DNA of 64,000 nucleotides. Source: Squalus acanthias. Its lineage: Eukaryota. A program made the translations under genes and the position numbers. The stretch lies in assembly GCA_030390025.1 (NCBI GenBank), contig CM059433.1:24430001-24494000 (forward strand), given 5' to 3'. How positions within the stretch are numbered: the stretch's first letter is position 1; every line of letters begins with the position of its first letter. Of the stretch, positions 48,701 to 62,917 are shown in pieces. The notes under the pieces are model-generated. The model ran no database searches. It was not told where the DNA came from and was given only the letters and a program-made list of their open reading frames with translations.

Positions 48701-49401
48701 ATCTGGATATTGTCATGTACAAGAAGTACACAGAATTCTGCAATTTTATAACTTTTCTATAGATACTGTTAAAACTTACAAGTCTTTGTCAAAATCAACA
48801 ACTTGCACATATGTACTGCCTTTAACATATTGAAAGGTCCCAAGGCACTTCACAAAAGGGGTAGAACAGACACTGAGAGGAGTTAGAGGAGATCGGGGAG
48901 ACGACCGAAGGCATAGTTGAAAAGCTTTAAGGAGCATTTTGAAGGTGACAAAAGGATTTAGGCAGAGAATTACAGAGGCAAGGTCCTGATGGGTGAAAGC
49001 TCTGTCGCTGATGGAGGAGTGGCCGGGCGGGGGGGGGGTTGGGGGGAACGGGTGCTGGGAAACAGGGTGAGGACTTTGAAATCACCGGAGGATGGGGAAG
49101 TAGTGCAATTTAGCGAGGACAGGGCTGATTGGTAAGCAGGACTCAGTAGAGGATACATGGGCAGTAGAGTTTTAGTCGAGTTGGAGTTTATGTAGAATGG
49201 CGCTTAGGCGGTAGTAAAGTGTAGGTGAAGGAGGGATTGATAAGCGGTCGTGCAGCAGTGAGGTTGAGGTATGGCCAGAGCCGGGAGATGTAGTGGAGGT
49301 GAAAATAGTTAATCTTGGTAATGGACAGGATATCAGGAAGTTCAGCTTTGGGTCTAACAAGAGGTTGCACACTGTTGGGGTCAGCCTGAGTGAGCTGCAA
49401 G

Positions 49402-52400
49402 GGGAATTAAATCAAAATTAGGGTGTGGTCTTGCCAGTGGCGATAAAGCGGTCTGCACAGAGCGGGATTAAACAGAGTGGACTTGAACAGAGTGTTTTAT
49501 TTGGGAATTTGGAAAGAGTGGGAATTCGGAGAAGAGGGGGACGGAGTTTTTTGCCTACACTATTTGTAGTGCTTTATGTTAAAGGTAGACATTTAATTTC
49601 AGCACCCTTAACTTAATCTAGATCAACGAAGTAGTCAAGAAACTACACTGTAAACTAAGTTACCTAATTACAAATGTAATTAAATAAAATGAGGTCATAT
49701 AGGGATGGCAGTGCAGGTGGTGTGCCGCAACTGCAGCATGTGGGAGTTTGTGGAGAGCATTGTGATCCAGGAGGCAGTCACACCCCTTCGGTTAGGTAGT
49801 GGTACAGGTCTGGTTAGTGGTCAGGGATAGGAGGGTGTGACTGCAACTCAGGCAGGTAAGGGGACCCCAGGTGCAGTGCTGGAGGAGCCTCAGCCTTTGC
49901 CCTTGTCCAACAGGTATAAGGTTCTTGCTGCCTGTGTGGATGAGAGAAAAGCCTGCAGGATGGATGAGCAAGCTGACGATGGCACCATGGTGCAGGAGGC
50001 CATTCAAGTGGGAGGAGTGAAAGGGAATGTAGTTGTGGTGGGGGACAGTATAGTCAGGGGGGTAGATACTGTTCTCTGCAGCCGCGACCGAGAGTTCCAA
50101 AGGTTGTGTTGCCTGCCCGGTGCCAGGGTTAAAGACATCTCCTCGCGGCTGAAGAAGAACTTGGAGTGGGAGGAGGAGGATCCAGTTGTCGTCGTCCACA
50201 TAGGAACCAACGACATCGGTAGAACTAGGAATGACGTTCTGCTGAGGGAGTTTGAGGAGCTAGGATCCAAATTAAAAAGCAGAACCTCAAAGGTAATAAT
50301 CTCTGAATTGTTACCCGAGCCACGCGCAAATTGGCATTGGAACAAACAGATTAGAGGTTTAAATGCGTGGCTCAAAAAGTGGTGTGGGAGGAAGGGGTTT
50401 CATTTCATGGGGCACTGGCATCAGTACTGCGGAAAGAGGGAGCTGTTCCGTTGGGACGGGCTCCACTTAAACCGGGCTGGGACCAGTGTTCTGGCAAACC
50501 GAATAACTAGGGCAGTAGACAGGGCTTTAAACTAATGAAGGGGGGAGTGGGAGGATTCAGGAAAGGGTAAATTTAAAAGCAGCGAGAGAAATGTCAAGGT
50601 TCTAGAGCAGAGTAGAGTTTTGGGTAAAAATAAGCAGAGTGGGTCAGGAAGGGACAGAGAGAGTAACAAAGGTAATAAGGCATCAGTGACTAAGGTGACA
50701 TCAGGGAAAAATAGAAATATGTCAAAGTTAAGGCACTATATATCTGAATGCGCAAAGCATTCACAACAAAATGAATGAATTAATAGCGCAGATAGAAATT
50801 AACAGGTTTGATCTAATAGCCATAACGGAGACGTGGTTGCAAAGTGGCCATGGTTGGGAACTAAATATTCCAGGCTACTTAACTTTTAGAAGAGATAGGC
50901 AAAATGGAAAAGGAGGAGGGGTAGCCCTGATAATAAAGGATGGGATAAAGACAGTAGAGAGAAAGGATCTTAGCTCAGAAAATCAAGAAGTAGAATCAGT
51001 TTGTGTGGAGCTAAGAAACAGCAAGGGGCAGAAAACATTGGTGGGAGTTGTTTATAGGCCCCCAAACAGTAGTTGTAATGTAGGGCAGAGTATAAATCAG
51101 GAAATTAAAGGCGCATGTAACAAGGGTAATACAGTAATCATGGGGGACTTTAATCTACATGTAGACTGGGCAAACCAAATTTGCAGTAATAATGTGGAGG
51201 ACGAATTCATGGAATGTATACAAGATAGTTTTCTTGATCAGTATGTTGAGGAACCAACTAGGGAACAGACTATTTTCGATCTAGTATTATGCAATGAGAA
51301 AGGGTTAATTAATAACTTTGTAGAGGCCAGTGTCGGGAGCAGAGAGAGCAGCAGCAGTGAGTAGTTAAACTCACTTTCGTGGGCTTTTTACAGAGACCAG
51401 TGTCGGGAAAGGGCCCTTGAGTATATCATTTAATTGAAGTGAAATTGGTGGGATTCATTTAATTTAATTAAAATTAATTAATTAAAGGGTAAGTCATGAC
51501 AGGAGAGCTCCGCCCTGTGATATGCTCCTCCTGCTATATGTGGGAAATCAGGGACGCTTCCTGTGTCCCTGACGACCATGTGTGTGGGAAGTGTATCCAG
51601 CTGCAGCTACTGATAGACCACATTGCGGCGCTGGAGCTGCGGATGGATGCATATTGGAGCATTCGCGATGCTGAGAACGTCGTGGATAGCACGTTTAGCG
51701 AGTTGGTCACAACGCAGGTAAAGGGTGTACAGGCAGGAAGTGAATGGGTGACCACCAGGCAGAGTAAGAGGTGCAGGCAGGTAGTGCAAGGGTCCCCTGT
51801 GGCCATCCCCCACTCAAACAGATATACCACTTTGGATACTGTTGGGGGGGATGACTTATCAGGGGAAGGCAGCAGCAGCCAACTTCCTGTCACCATGGGT
51901 GGCTCTGCTGCACAGGCTGGGAGGAAAAAGTGTGGAACAGCTATAGTGATAGGGGACTCAATTGTAAGGGGAATAGATAGGCGTTTCTGCGGCCGCAAAC
52001 GAGACTCCATGATGGTGTGTTGCCTCCCTGGTGCAAGGGTCAAGGACATCTCGGAGCGGCTACAGAACATTTTGGAGGGGGAGGGCGAACAGCCAGTTGT
52101 CATGGTGCACATAGGCATCAACGATATAGGTAAAAAACGGGATGAGGCCCTAAAAGCAGAATATAGGGAGTTAGGAGGTAAATTAAAAAATAGGACCTCA
52201 AAGGTAGTAATCTCAGGATTGCTACCAGTGCCACGTGCTAGTCAGAGTAGAAATAGGAGGATATTTCAAATGAATATGTGGCTAGAGGAATGGTGCAAGG
52301 GGGAGGGATTCAAATTCCTTGGACATTGGAACCGGTTCTGGGGGAGGTGGGACCAGTACAAACGGGACGGTCTGCACCTGGGCAGGGCCGGGACCGATGT

Positions 52401-55400
52401 TATAGGGGGGAGTGTTTGCTAGTGCTGTTGGGGAGGGTTTAAACTAAAGTGGCAGGGGGTTGGGAACCTGAGCAGGGAGACAGAGGAAAGGGAAACAAGG
52501 ATAAAAGCAAAAGACAGGAAGGAGAAAAACAAAAGTAGAAGGCAAAGAACTCAACGGTTTAAATCAAACATGGTCACAGTAAATAATAATTCATATAGGT
52601 CTGAGAGCGTTAAAAAAACAAGCCTGAAGGCTTTATGTCTTAATGCAAGGTGCATTCGGAACAAGGTGGATGAATTAGCTGCGCAAATAGAGGTAAATGA
52701 ATACGATTTGATTGGGATTACAGAAACATGGCTCCAGGGTGGCCAAGGCTGGGAACTCAACATCCAGGGTTATTCAATATTTAGGAAAGATAGGCAAAAA
52801 AGAAAGGGAGGTGGGGTAGCATTGCTGGTTAAAGAGGGGATTAACACAATTGAAAGGAAGGATATTAGCTCTGATGATGCGGAATCTGTATGGGTAGAAC
52901 TGAGAAATAACAAGGGGCAGAAAACGTTAGTGGGAGTGGTATATAGACCTCCAAACAGTAATACGGAGGTTGGGGACAGCATTAAAAGGGAAATTAGAGA
53001 AGTATGCAGTAAGGGCACAGCAGTCATCATGGGTGACTTTAATTTACATATAGATTGGGCTAACCAAATTAGTAAAAATACTGTGGAAGAGGAATTCCTA
53101 GAATGTTTACAGGATGGTTTTCTGGAACAATATGTCGAGGAACCAACCAGAGATCAGGCCATCTTAGACTGGGTATTATGTAACGAGAAAGGATTAATTA
53201 GCAATCTTGTTGTACAAGGCCCCTTGGGTCAGAGTGATCATAATATGATAGAATTCTTCATTAGGATGGAGAGTGAAGTAGTTGAATCAGAGACTAGGGT
53301 CCTGAATTTAAATAAAGGAAACTACGATGGTATGAGGCGCAGATTGGGTAGGATTGATTGGGGAATGTCACTCAAAGGGTTGACGGTGGATAGGCAATGG
53401 CAAACATTCAAAGACTGCATGGATGAACTACAGAATTTGTTCATCCCAGTGTGGCATAAGAATAAAACAAAAAGGGTGACGCAACCGTGGCTAACAAGGG
53501 AAATTAGGGATAGCATAAGATCCAAGGAGAGGGCATATAAATTGGCCAGAAAAAGCGGTAACCCTGAGGATTGGGAGCAGTTTAGGATTCAGCAAAGGAG
53601 GACAAAGGGATTAATTAAGAAGGGGAAAATAGAATATGAAAGTAAGCTTGCAGGGAACATAAAAACTGACTGTAAGAACTTTTATAGATATGTGAAGAGA
53701 AAAAGATTAGTGAAATCAAGTGTAGGTCCCTTGCAGTCAGAAGCGGGGGAAGTTAGAATGGGGAACAAAGAAATGGCAGACCAATTAAATGCATATTTTG
53801 GTTCTGTCTTCACAAAGGAGGACACAAATAACCTCCCAGAGATGTTGGAGAACATAGGGTCTGATGAAAGGGAGGAACTGAAATAAATCAGTATTTGCAG
53901 GGAAATGGTGTTAGGGAAATTGACGGGATTGAAGGCCGATAAATCCCCAGTGCCTGATAATCTACATCCTAGGGTACTTAAGGAAGTGGCCCTAGAAATA
54001 GTAGATGCATTGCTGATCATCTTCCAACATTCGATGGAATCTGGAACTGTACCCATGGATTGGAGGGTAGCTAATGTTACCCCACTATTCAAAAAGGGTG
54101 GTAGAGAGAAAGCGGGGAATTACAGACCAGTAAGCCTGACATCGGTAGTGGGGAAAATGCTAGAGTCCATTATAAAGGATGGAATAGCTGAGCACTTGAA
54201 AAACAGTGACAAGATCGGACAAAGTCAACATGGATTTACAAAAGGTAAATCGTGCTTGACTAATCTACTGGAATTTTTTGAGGATGTAACTGGGAAAATA
54301 GATAAGGGAGAACCAGTAGATGTGGTGTATTTGGACTTTCAAAAGGCTTTCGATAAGGTCCCGCATAAGAGATTAGCGTGTAAAGTTAAGGCACATGGGA
54401 TTGGGGGCAAGGTATCGACTTGGATAGAGAACTGGTTGGCGGACAGAAAGCAGAGAGTAGGAATTAATGGGTCTTTTTCCAAGTGGCAGGCAGTGACTAG
54501 TGGGGTACCGCAGGGATCGGTCCTTGGACCCCAGCTATTCACAATATACATTAATGATCTAGATAAGGGAACTAAATGTAATATCTCCAAGTTTGCAGAT
54601 GACACAAAGCTGGGTGGGCGTGTGTGCTGCGAGGAGGATACCGAGAAACTCCAGGATGATTTGGACAGGTTGGGTGAGTAGGCAGAAGCATGGCAGATGC
54701 AATATAACGTGGATAAATGCAAGGTTATCCACTTTGGTGTCAAAAACAGAAAGGCAGACTATTATCTGAATGGCAATAGATTGGGAGAAGGGGAAGTGCA
54801 ACGAGACCTGGGTGTCCTTGTGCACCAGTTGCTGAAGGGAAGCATGCAGGTGCAGCAGGCGGTGAAGAAGGCAAATGGTATGTTGGCCTTCATAGCGAAA
54901 GGGTTTGAGTATAGGAACAAGGATGTCCTGCTGCAGTTGTACAGGGCCTTGGTGAGACCACACCTTGAGTACTGTGTGCAGTTTTGGTCGCCTTATCTGA
55001 GGAAGGATGTTCTTGCCATGGAAGGAGTTCAGCGAAGATTCCCAAGGCTGATACCTGGGTTGGCAGGAATGACATATGAGGAGAGATTGGGTCGATTGGG
55101 CTTATACTCGCTGGAGTATAGAAGAATGAGAGGGGATCTCATCAAAACATATAAAATTCTGACAGGTCTGGACAAACTAGATGCAGGAAGAATGTTCCCG
55201 ATGGTCGGAGAGTCCAGAACCAGGGGTCATAATCTAAGGATAAGGGGTAAGCCATTTAGGACAGAAATGAGGAAGAATTTCTTCACCCAGAGAGTGGTGA
55301 ACCTGTGGAATTCTCTACCACAGAAGGTAGTTGAGGCCAAGTCATTAAATATATTCAAGAATGAGTTAGATATATTTCTTAAAGCTAAAGGGATCAAGGG

Positions 55401-57817
55401 ATATGGGGAGAAGGCAGGGACAGGGTACTGAATTTGAATGATCAGCCATGATCTCATCGAATGGCGGAGCAGGCTCGAGGGGCTAAATGGCCTACTCCTG
55501 CTCCTATCTTCTATGTTTCTATGTTTAGTAAAGGGGCCTTTAGGGAAGAGTAACCATATATGATAGAATTTTATACTGAGTTTGAAAGTGATTGAGTTAA
55601 ATCCGAAACTAGGGTCTTCAATCTAAACAAAGCAAATTACGTAGGTATGAGGGGCAAGTTGGCTATGGTAGATTGGGAAACTACATTAAAAGGTATGACG
55701 GTAGACAAGCAATGGCTAGCATTTAAAGAATTAATACATAATTTACAACAAATATACATTCCTTTAAGGCACAGGAAAACTGGTCCAACCATGGCTAACA
55801 AGAGAAGTTATAGATAGTATTCGATCAAAGGAAGAGGCTGATAATGTTGCCAAAAAGAGTAGTAAGCCTGAGGATTGGGAGGATTTTAGAATTCAGCAAA
55901 GGAAGATCGAGAAATTGATAAAGAAAGGGAAAATAGAATATGAGAGTAAACTAGCGAGAGACATAAAAACCGACTGTAAAAGCTTCTAAAGGTGTGTAAA
56001 AAGATTAGCAAAAGTAAATGTGGGTGCCTTACAGGCTGAGACAGGAGAAATTAAAATGGGGAATAAGGAAATGGCAGAGAAATTAAACAAATACTTTGTG
56101 TGTGTCTTCACAGAAGAAGACGCAAAAAACTTCCCAGAAATAGTGGAGAACCAAGGGTCTAGCGATAATGAGGAACTGAAAGAAATTAGTCTTAGTAAAA
56201 AAAAAATAGTACTGGTGAAATTAATGGGACTGAAAGCCAATAAATCCCCTGGACCTGATGGTCGATATCCATGGGTTTTGAAAGAGGTGGCTAGAGAGAT
56301 AGTGGATGCCTCGGTTGTCATTTTTCAAAATTCCATAGATTCTGGAACGGTTCCCAAGGATTGGAAGGTAGCAAATGTAACCCCACTATTTAAGAAAGGA
56401 GGGAGAGAGAAAATGAAGAACTACAGACCAGTTAGCCTGACATCAGTTGTAGGGAAAATGCTAGAATCTATTGTTAAGGATGTGGTAACAGGGCACTTAG
56501 AAAATAATAATAGGATTGGGCAGAGTCAACACGGATTTATGAAAGGGAAATCGTGTTTGATAAATCTTTTTGAGGTTGTAACTAGCAGAATAGGTAAGGG
56601 GGAACCAGTGGATGTGATGTATTTGGATTTTCAGAAGGCATTCGATAAGGTGTCACACAAGAGGTTACTAAACAAAATTAGGGCTCATGGGATTGGGGGT
56701 AATATACTAGCATGGATTGAGGATTGGTTAACGGACAGAAAACACAGAGTAGGAATAAACGGGCCATTTTCGGGTTGGCAGGCTGTAACTAGTGGGGTAC
56801 CGCAAGGATCAATGCTTGGGTCTCAGCTATTCACAATCTATATCAATGATTTGGATGAGGGGACCAAATGTAATATATCCAAGTTTGCTGATGATACAAA
56901 GCTGGATGGGTATGTAAGTTATGAGGAGGATGCAAGGAGGCTTCAAGAGGATATAGACAGGCTAAGTGAGTGGACAAGAACATGGCAAATGGAATATAAT
57001 GTGGAGAAATGTGAAGTTATCCACTTTGGTAGGAAAAATAGAAAAGCAGAGTATTTTTTAAATGGTGAGAGATTGGGAAATGTTGGTGTTCAGAGGGACC
57101 TGGGTGTCCTTGTACACGAATCACTGAAAGTTAACATGCAGGTACAGCAAGCAATTAGGAAAGCAAACGGTATGTTGGCCTTTATTACAAGAGGATTTGA
57201 GTACAAGAGTAAAGACGCCTTACTGTAATTATATAGGGCCCTGGTGAGACGACATCTGGAGTATTGTGTACAGTTTTTGTCTCCTTACCTAAGGAAGGAT
57301 ATACTTGCCATAGAGGGAGTGCAACAAAGGTTCACCAGACTGGTTCCTGGGATGGGGGGATTGTCCTATGAGGAGAGATTGAGTAGACTAGGCCTATATT
57401 CTCAAGAGTTTAGAAGAATGAGAGGTGATCTCATTGAAACATACAAAATTCTTACAGGGCTTGACAGGGTAGAGGCAGGGAGGATGTTTCCCCTGGCTGG
57501 GGAGTCTAGAACCAGGGCTCACAGTCTCAGAATAAGGGGTCGGTCATTTAGGACTGAGATGAGGAGAAATTTCTTCACTCAGAGGGTGGTGAATCTTTGG
57601 AATTCTCTACCCCAGAGGGCTGTGGAGGCTCAGTCGTTGAGTATATTCAAGACAGAGATCGATAGATTTTTGAATATTAAGAGAATCAAGGGATATGGGG
57701 ATAGTGCAGGAAAGTGGAGATGAGGTAGAAGATCAGCCATGATCTTATTGAATGGTGGAGCAGTCTCGAAGGGCCAAATGGCCTACTCCTGCTCCTATTT
57801 CTTATGTACTTATGTTC
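49402..57817 (+). mobile_element. Outer CR1 LINE (ORF1 esterase with internal deletion; ORF2 split at 51323/55526)
   Basis: ORF1 49704-50535 (GDS, GTND, DGLH); endonuclease 50771-51323 resumes at 55526; RT 56020-57723 with in-frame stop at 57226; (TTCTTATG)n-like tail. Confidence 0.9.
51324..55525 (+). mobile_element. Inner near-intact CR1 LINE of a different subfamily
   Basis: ORF1 51496-52422. ORF2 52570-55431 in one frame with two stops (53884, 54679). (TTCTATGT)n tail; TAG duplicated at the junctions. Confidence 0.95.
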
Positions 57818-59915
57818 TGGTTCATCCACGATTTGATGTTGGACAAGCAATCAGACAGTACAGTAAGAGTTGTGGAAATGAGGATGGTGGTAGAGAGCTA
57901 AATCTGGATATTGTGAGCATGCATAAGAAAGCTGACTCAGTGCTTGTGGATAATATCATTGGGGTGTGGAACCATGGGGCATGCTGGAGGTGACCATGTG
58001 AGTGTGGGAGATAATTCACTGCAGATATGCTATGTTGGGACAAGTACCAGTGGAACCATGTGAGTGTGGTGCTATGGGGATGGACCACAAAGAAGTAATA
58101 GTGGAGAAGGCTGGAGTGGTCTATGATGTCCAGAGCTGCAGAAAGACAAGGGGAGATAACATGATGCAATTACCAAGAAGGGTGACTTTGAACAGATGCT
58201 GTAGGCTGGACAGAAATCAGAGTGAACAGTGAGTGGTACTAGGTTGTGCCATGCACAACTTTCGCAACAAGATGTTTTGAGTACATAAGAAAAGAAAATG
58301 ATATTAGAGATGGGAGTGGTAGTTGAAGTGGTCGAAGGTGAGATTCTTAAAGAGGGAGAAACAGTGCCTGTAGAAAAGAAATAATTTATGATGGTACAAT
58401 GGGCCTCATGGATATGAAGGTGCAGCAGATATTATGGTTTCAGGATTGGGTGGGGTGGCGGGGTGTCATTTCTGAGGGAGGGTAGGGGTAATTCAGCTGC
58501 ATGGGAGGTGGAAGAGGAGAAGTCGGTTAAGGCAGGGGAGTGGATAACCTTAATAATGGAAACAAAAAAAATCCATGAGCATTGGCAGGAAGGATGGAGG
58601 GAGCGGACGTAGGGAAGTGGTTGGTGATGGAGGAATTTGAGATTGTCATTACACTCCAGGATAATCTTGAAACAGTAAGACGAGTTGGCCACATAGAGGG
58701 AGAGGCAATATTGCTTGCAATGTTCAACCCATGGCCAGTTGTATGCCATGTGACTCATTCTGAATTTATGTTCCATTATATTTTCCTCAGTTTTTCTTAT
58801 TATTCTGGAACATTTTAAATAGCCAACTCATAATCCCCTGAAGGCTTAGTAGATAAATGTACAATCTGCTGTGATACTGAGTCAAACTGCACAAAATGCT
58901 TTAATTCACAAAATAGTAGTTCAAAGCATCTGATTCAATGAAACACTGCTGTATTAACAAAGTTCAAGTATGCTTAGGATAAATAGATATTCTGTTTTTA
59001 AATGCATCTGTTTTAATGCTGAGAAAACAGCCTTGGGTAAAACTGGCTCTCAAATTTCCTTGCAGAGATCACCAAAAACCTCTCCAGAACTTACCGATAT
59101 TCGCCACAGATTTCCACTATTTATCTCTGACCATTTCCTTTCCGGTTTTCATAGCAGAAGGCAACTGAAATGTATAACGTTTCGATCCGATTTACAGAGA
59201 CATCAGTTGTAAATCGAGAATTAGCATGCCGCTCTCTGAATGATTGTCATGTCATTCAGAATTCTGAAAATGCTTCACATCTTAGCTAAAGATACAAAAA
59301 CATTTTTGTCTGTATTGCATTGAGTGGAAATGCATGGGGAAGTTCAACCTTTGGAAACTGGGTCCTAGTTCTCTTGTCAAAGGTTAGGTGACTAGCTCTT
59401 ACTCACACTTTCCCCAATAGAGTTACAGATCAGCTCGTTGCAGTAGATACTTTAAAAAAAACTCAATTTCCACAAAGAAACTGGAAAAACTATGAGTGTA
59501 ATAAATGAACTATGAAACTAAAACTATCAAATCTTTTAGTTTTAAACATGAGTAAAAATTTGCCAGTTTTGAGAAGACATAAATGTTGAGACCACTAAAT
59601 AAATGTATTACCCTTGGCTGAAGCTAACTGCCTTTCTGAATACAGATATCTGTTGTTGCATGCTACGCTGAGTCTGAAAGTCACACCTTCAGGATTGATT
59701 TTTTCCCCCTGTAAACAACTAACTTAAGCACAGCATCATAATATGTACATCTTTTCAAGGCAACGATTTGCATCATTGTTCCAGTGGTTCCCTTTTAATT
59801 TAATTATGAAAATCATTTATATCTAATCATGAAAGCTGATTTAAGCCTCAATTTAAGCCTGAGCTTCTTTCTGTGAAATGATTTGATTTTGATTTAAAAA
59901 GCTCTTCAACTGTAA

Positions 59916-60648
59916 TCAGATACTGACTGGAACCGATGATACTGAACTGGTACTGGATTCTCGTGTTCTTTGACTAGGCATGGTGAAAACACAGCAGGAC
60001 AAGCCGACTGTAGCCTCCGGCAGGTCATCTTCATCGGTCCAATCATTAAGATCTGGGTTAAAACACTGGACACATTTCTTATATTTCTTTTCTACCTCAT
60101 TCCAACCTCCCACTAGATAGATTTTACCATCAAGAGTTGTCACACCAGCAGTACTGACACCAGCATGGAGAGGAGCAGCATAGCTCCATTGCCCTGTATA
60201 TGGGCTGTAACATTCAACAGGGAGCACATCAATCCTCTCACCCCGAGTTCCTAGCTGACTTCCGCCCAATGCATACACACGATCTGAAAGGGCGATGGCA
60301 CAGTGCCACCCTCTGGGTGTGCTTAGATTAGCCTTATCCTGCCAACTGTCTGCTGACAGATCATAGGCACAGACCGATCGGGAATATGCATTGTTGATGT
60401 ACCCTCCAGTAACCAGGATTTTCCCATCTATGACAGCACTAGCATGACAGCACCTGGACACCTCTAAGGGTGTCTTAAACTGCCACTTGTTGGTTGCTGG
60501 CACATAGCATTCAACAGAGGCAAGAGGACCATCTGAATTCCTCCCCCCAATTGCAAAAAGTAAACCATTAAAAACATTTAGGCTGAAGTGGGTGCGTCTC
60601 TGGACCATGTTTCCCAGATGAATCCAACTGTTGAATCGAGGATCATAT
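59916..60648 (-). CDS. KLHL31: Kelch-like protein 31, last coding exon (Kelch repeats and C-terminus)
   Basis: Acceptor TTTTACAG|A at 60649 rebuilds ...[14 protein letters not shown]. Kelch GG/Y/W repeats. Ends [13 protein letters not shown]. Confidence 0.95.
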
Positions 60649-60999
60649 CTGTAAAATGAATAAAAGAAAATGCAAATACTTATACTATAGTCTTCATAAT
60701 CTTTTCCTACAATAGTTTAAGAATTTGTTTGCAGTAACCCAAGAACTTTGCCTGCAAATCATGGAACAGAATACAATTCATTCAAGATCTTGGGGATTAG
60801 TTAAATGTTGAGTTAATTTTCAAATCAACCACCCTCCTTCAACTGAGGCTTTAATCCATGTCTGTTTGTGTTTTTTTTATTCTTGCTCTCCTTGTCTGAA
60901 GACAAATGACAATGGTGTGCAGTTCCATGGGTAACAGTCATTATCTAATGCTTTGCTAAAGTATTATTTTACAAGCAATCAATGTTCTTCAAGGTGTAC

Positions 61000-61370
61000 C
61001 AGATGGTATAGTTGGCTTATACTTTGCACTTTCACCTTAGGGACCTGGTTTCCAATCCAATCTGAAATGGAACAAAGTCTTTACCTTATGTGAAATGAGT
61101 TTGAACTGTCTCAACCCATTTTCTAGTCAGCTCAAGTAATCAACACAAAACTGTCCATAATCAGCATTAATGACGCTACCTCACTGGTGTAGAAAGGGTC
61201 CTCTTCGGAGGACTGGGTTAAGCCACATTGTTGAAGCGGAGTAAAAGGGCTTTAGTCTACAACTAGTCCATGTTGCATTTGAATGAGATTGCTAGGTGCC
61301 AACATTGGATTTAAAAAAAAGTGGAAAAGTGTTCAGTTCCCCAGTATTGACATTGCTTCCCTTGAAGAGG
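61000..61370 (+). mobile_element. LF-SINE-like element in the KLHL31 intron
   Basis: CTTTCACCTTAGGGACCTGGTTTCCAATCC...TATGTGAAATGAGTT...GTCTCAACCCATTTTCTAGT...CACAAAAC resembles the recalled LF-SINE consensus. Confidence 0.55.
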
Positions 61371-62917
61371 AGGAAAGAAACACCATAAATGATGTGCTTC
61401 ATATTCCATATGCTAGTCAAAAGGTAAATTTCATCTGCTAAATTTATAAGTGTGATGTCAGTTGTGAATCATTAATAATTCAGTGTTGCATTTTGCTAGG
61501 TTTTGGGGGGGGGGGCCATGTATTTTTTTTAATTTTGAAAGCTAACTTTTTTTTAGCTTTTCAATGGTAATTTTATTAAAAAAAGAATCCAAGTACTACA
61601 GAGGCAAATCTCATGATACAATTCACTATTTACTTTGTTACAAAGAGTGAGATGAATAAAAATGTAACAAGATTAATGTTTGTATTGGCATTTTGGATCA
61701 AGAACTAATTCTAGATTTGTACAGGCAGTTAAAACCTTCATGCTTAATTGATGCCATTACTGTTATGTCGATCATCTCCAGATTATGTGCTCAAAATCTG
61801 TGCATTTTCACAATTAAATTTAAAACCGTAGAAATTTAAAATAATCCATGCTTACAGTAGGAAGCACAAAGCTGTCTTTGTTTAATAAGAGAGGCACATT
61901 TCAATATAATTAGGAACACCAAAATTATTATTTTAACTCTTGGAGTGTTGCCAAAAAGCTATCTCATCAGGGCCATTAATGAGGGTTCTCTTTGAGCGGC
62001 AGTGCTCTCCAGTTGATGCTTAAATATTAAATCAGAAGTTGAACCATATGATCTTCTAAACTTTAGCCTTTCTACGTGGTTTACAATCAATAAGAGACAA
62101 ATGTGCAGAATGTGACCCCCAGCTCCAAAAAATACTTCAAACTGAAAAAAAGGAGGGTTAGAATCTAGTATGTTAATTAGAAATAAACTAAAAGTAAAGT
62201 TAAAATATTTTTTTTAACAACAGGAGAGAAGGTGGAGGAGAGCATAAGGGGAAAAAAAGATGCTGAGCAGAAATAGTAAAATTATTTTCAAGTATTTTTG
62301 TAATTTAGTGTTAATACTGCAGTACTAAAATTACTTCCTACATCCAAGTAACTTTGTTGCTGTGAGATTAGAGTTTGAATCAGTGTCATGGTGCATGAGG
62401 TGAAAATGTTACAAAATGGCTGGCCCAGGAAACTTAGAATTTCTTGCAGTTACTGACAATCCAAAGGTTAAATTAAAAGTATTACCATGTATATTTGAAA
62501 CATAAAATGTATCATTGAGAAACAGTTAAGAGTACTAATATTTTAATTGCTTTGTCTTAGCTAGGAAAATTAAACCCCAATAAGAACAAGGTGAATCTGA
62601 GATTAGTATACCTAATTTAAATCGGCATTTAAAGCTATACAAGAAAACATGGAAATCCAAAAAGGAAACACTTAATGAAAATGACCTTAATAGCGTTCCA
62701 CTATAACGAGAGATAAGGTTACAATCAACACTAAAATGCAACCTCAATCTGTAATATTGTGTTCCTAAAATATTTTATTCCAAAATGCTTGGTGGAAACT
62801 TGTAAATTTAATTTGCCACGTTTCTATTTATTGAGGCATGGAGACTATTCTGGGATGTTACTATGAGATTTTAAACACTTACTTCATATTAATGCTTTGT
62901 AATGACTATAGTGTTAC

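Larger units (their letters stand above)
48795..58400 (-). mobile_element. Old L2-type LINE split by the nested CR1 pair
   Basis: 48795-49400 and 57818-58400 resemble consecutive parts of the L2 copies at 21.2 kb and 45.8 kb. Confidence 0.55.

Noticed and set aside
53884..54681. Stop-codon readthrough in the inner CR1 ORF2
   Set aside because: Sister CR1 copies have sense codons at these positions (GAA, TGG), so these are nonsense mutations.
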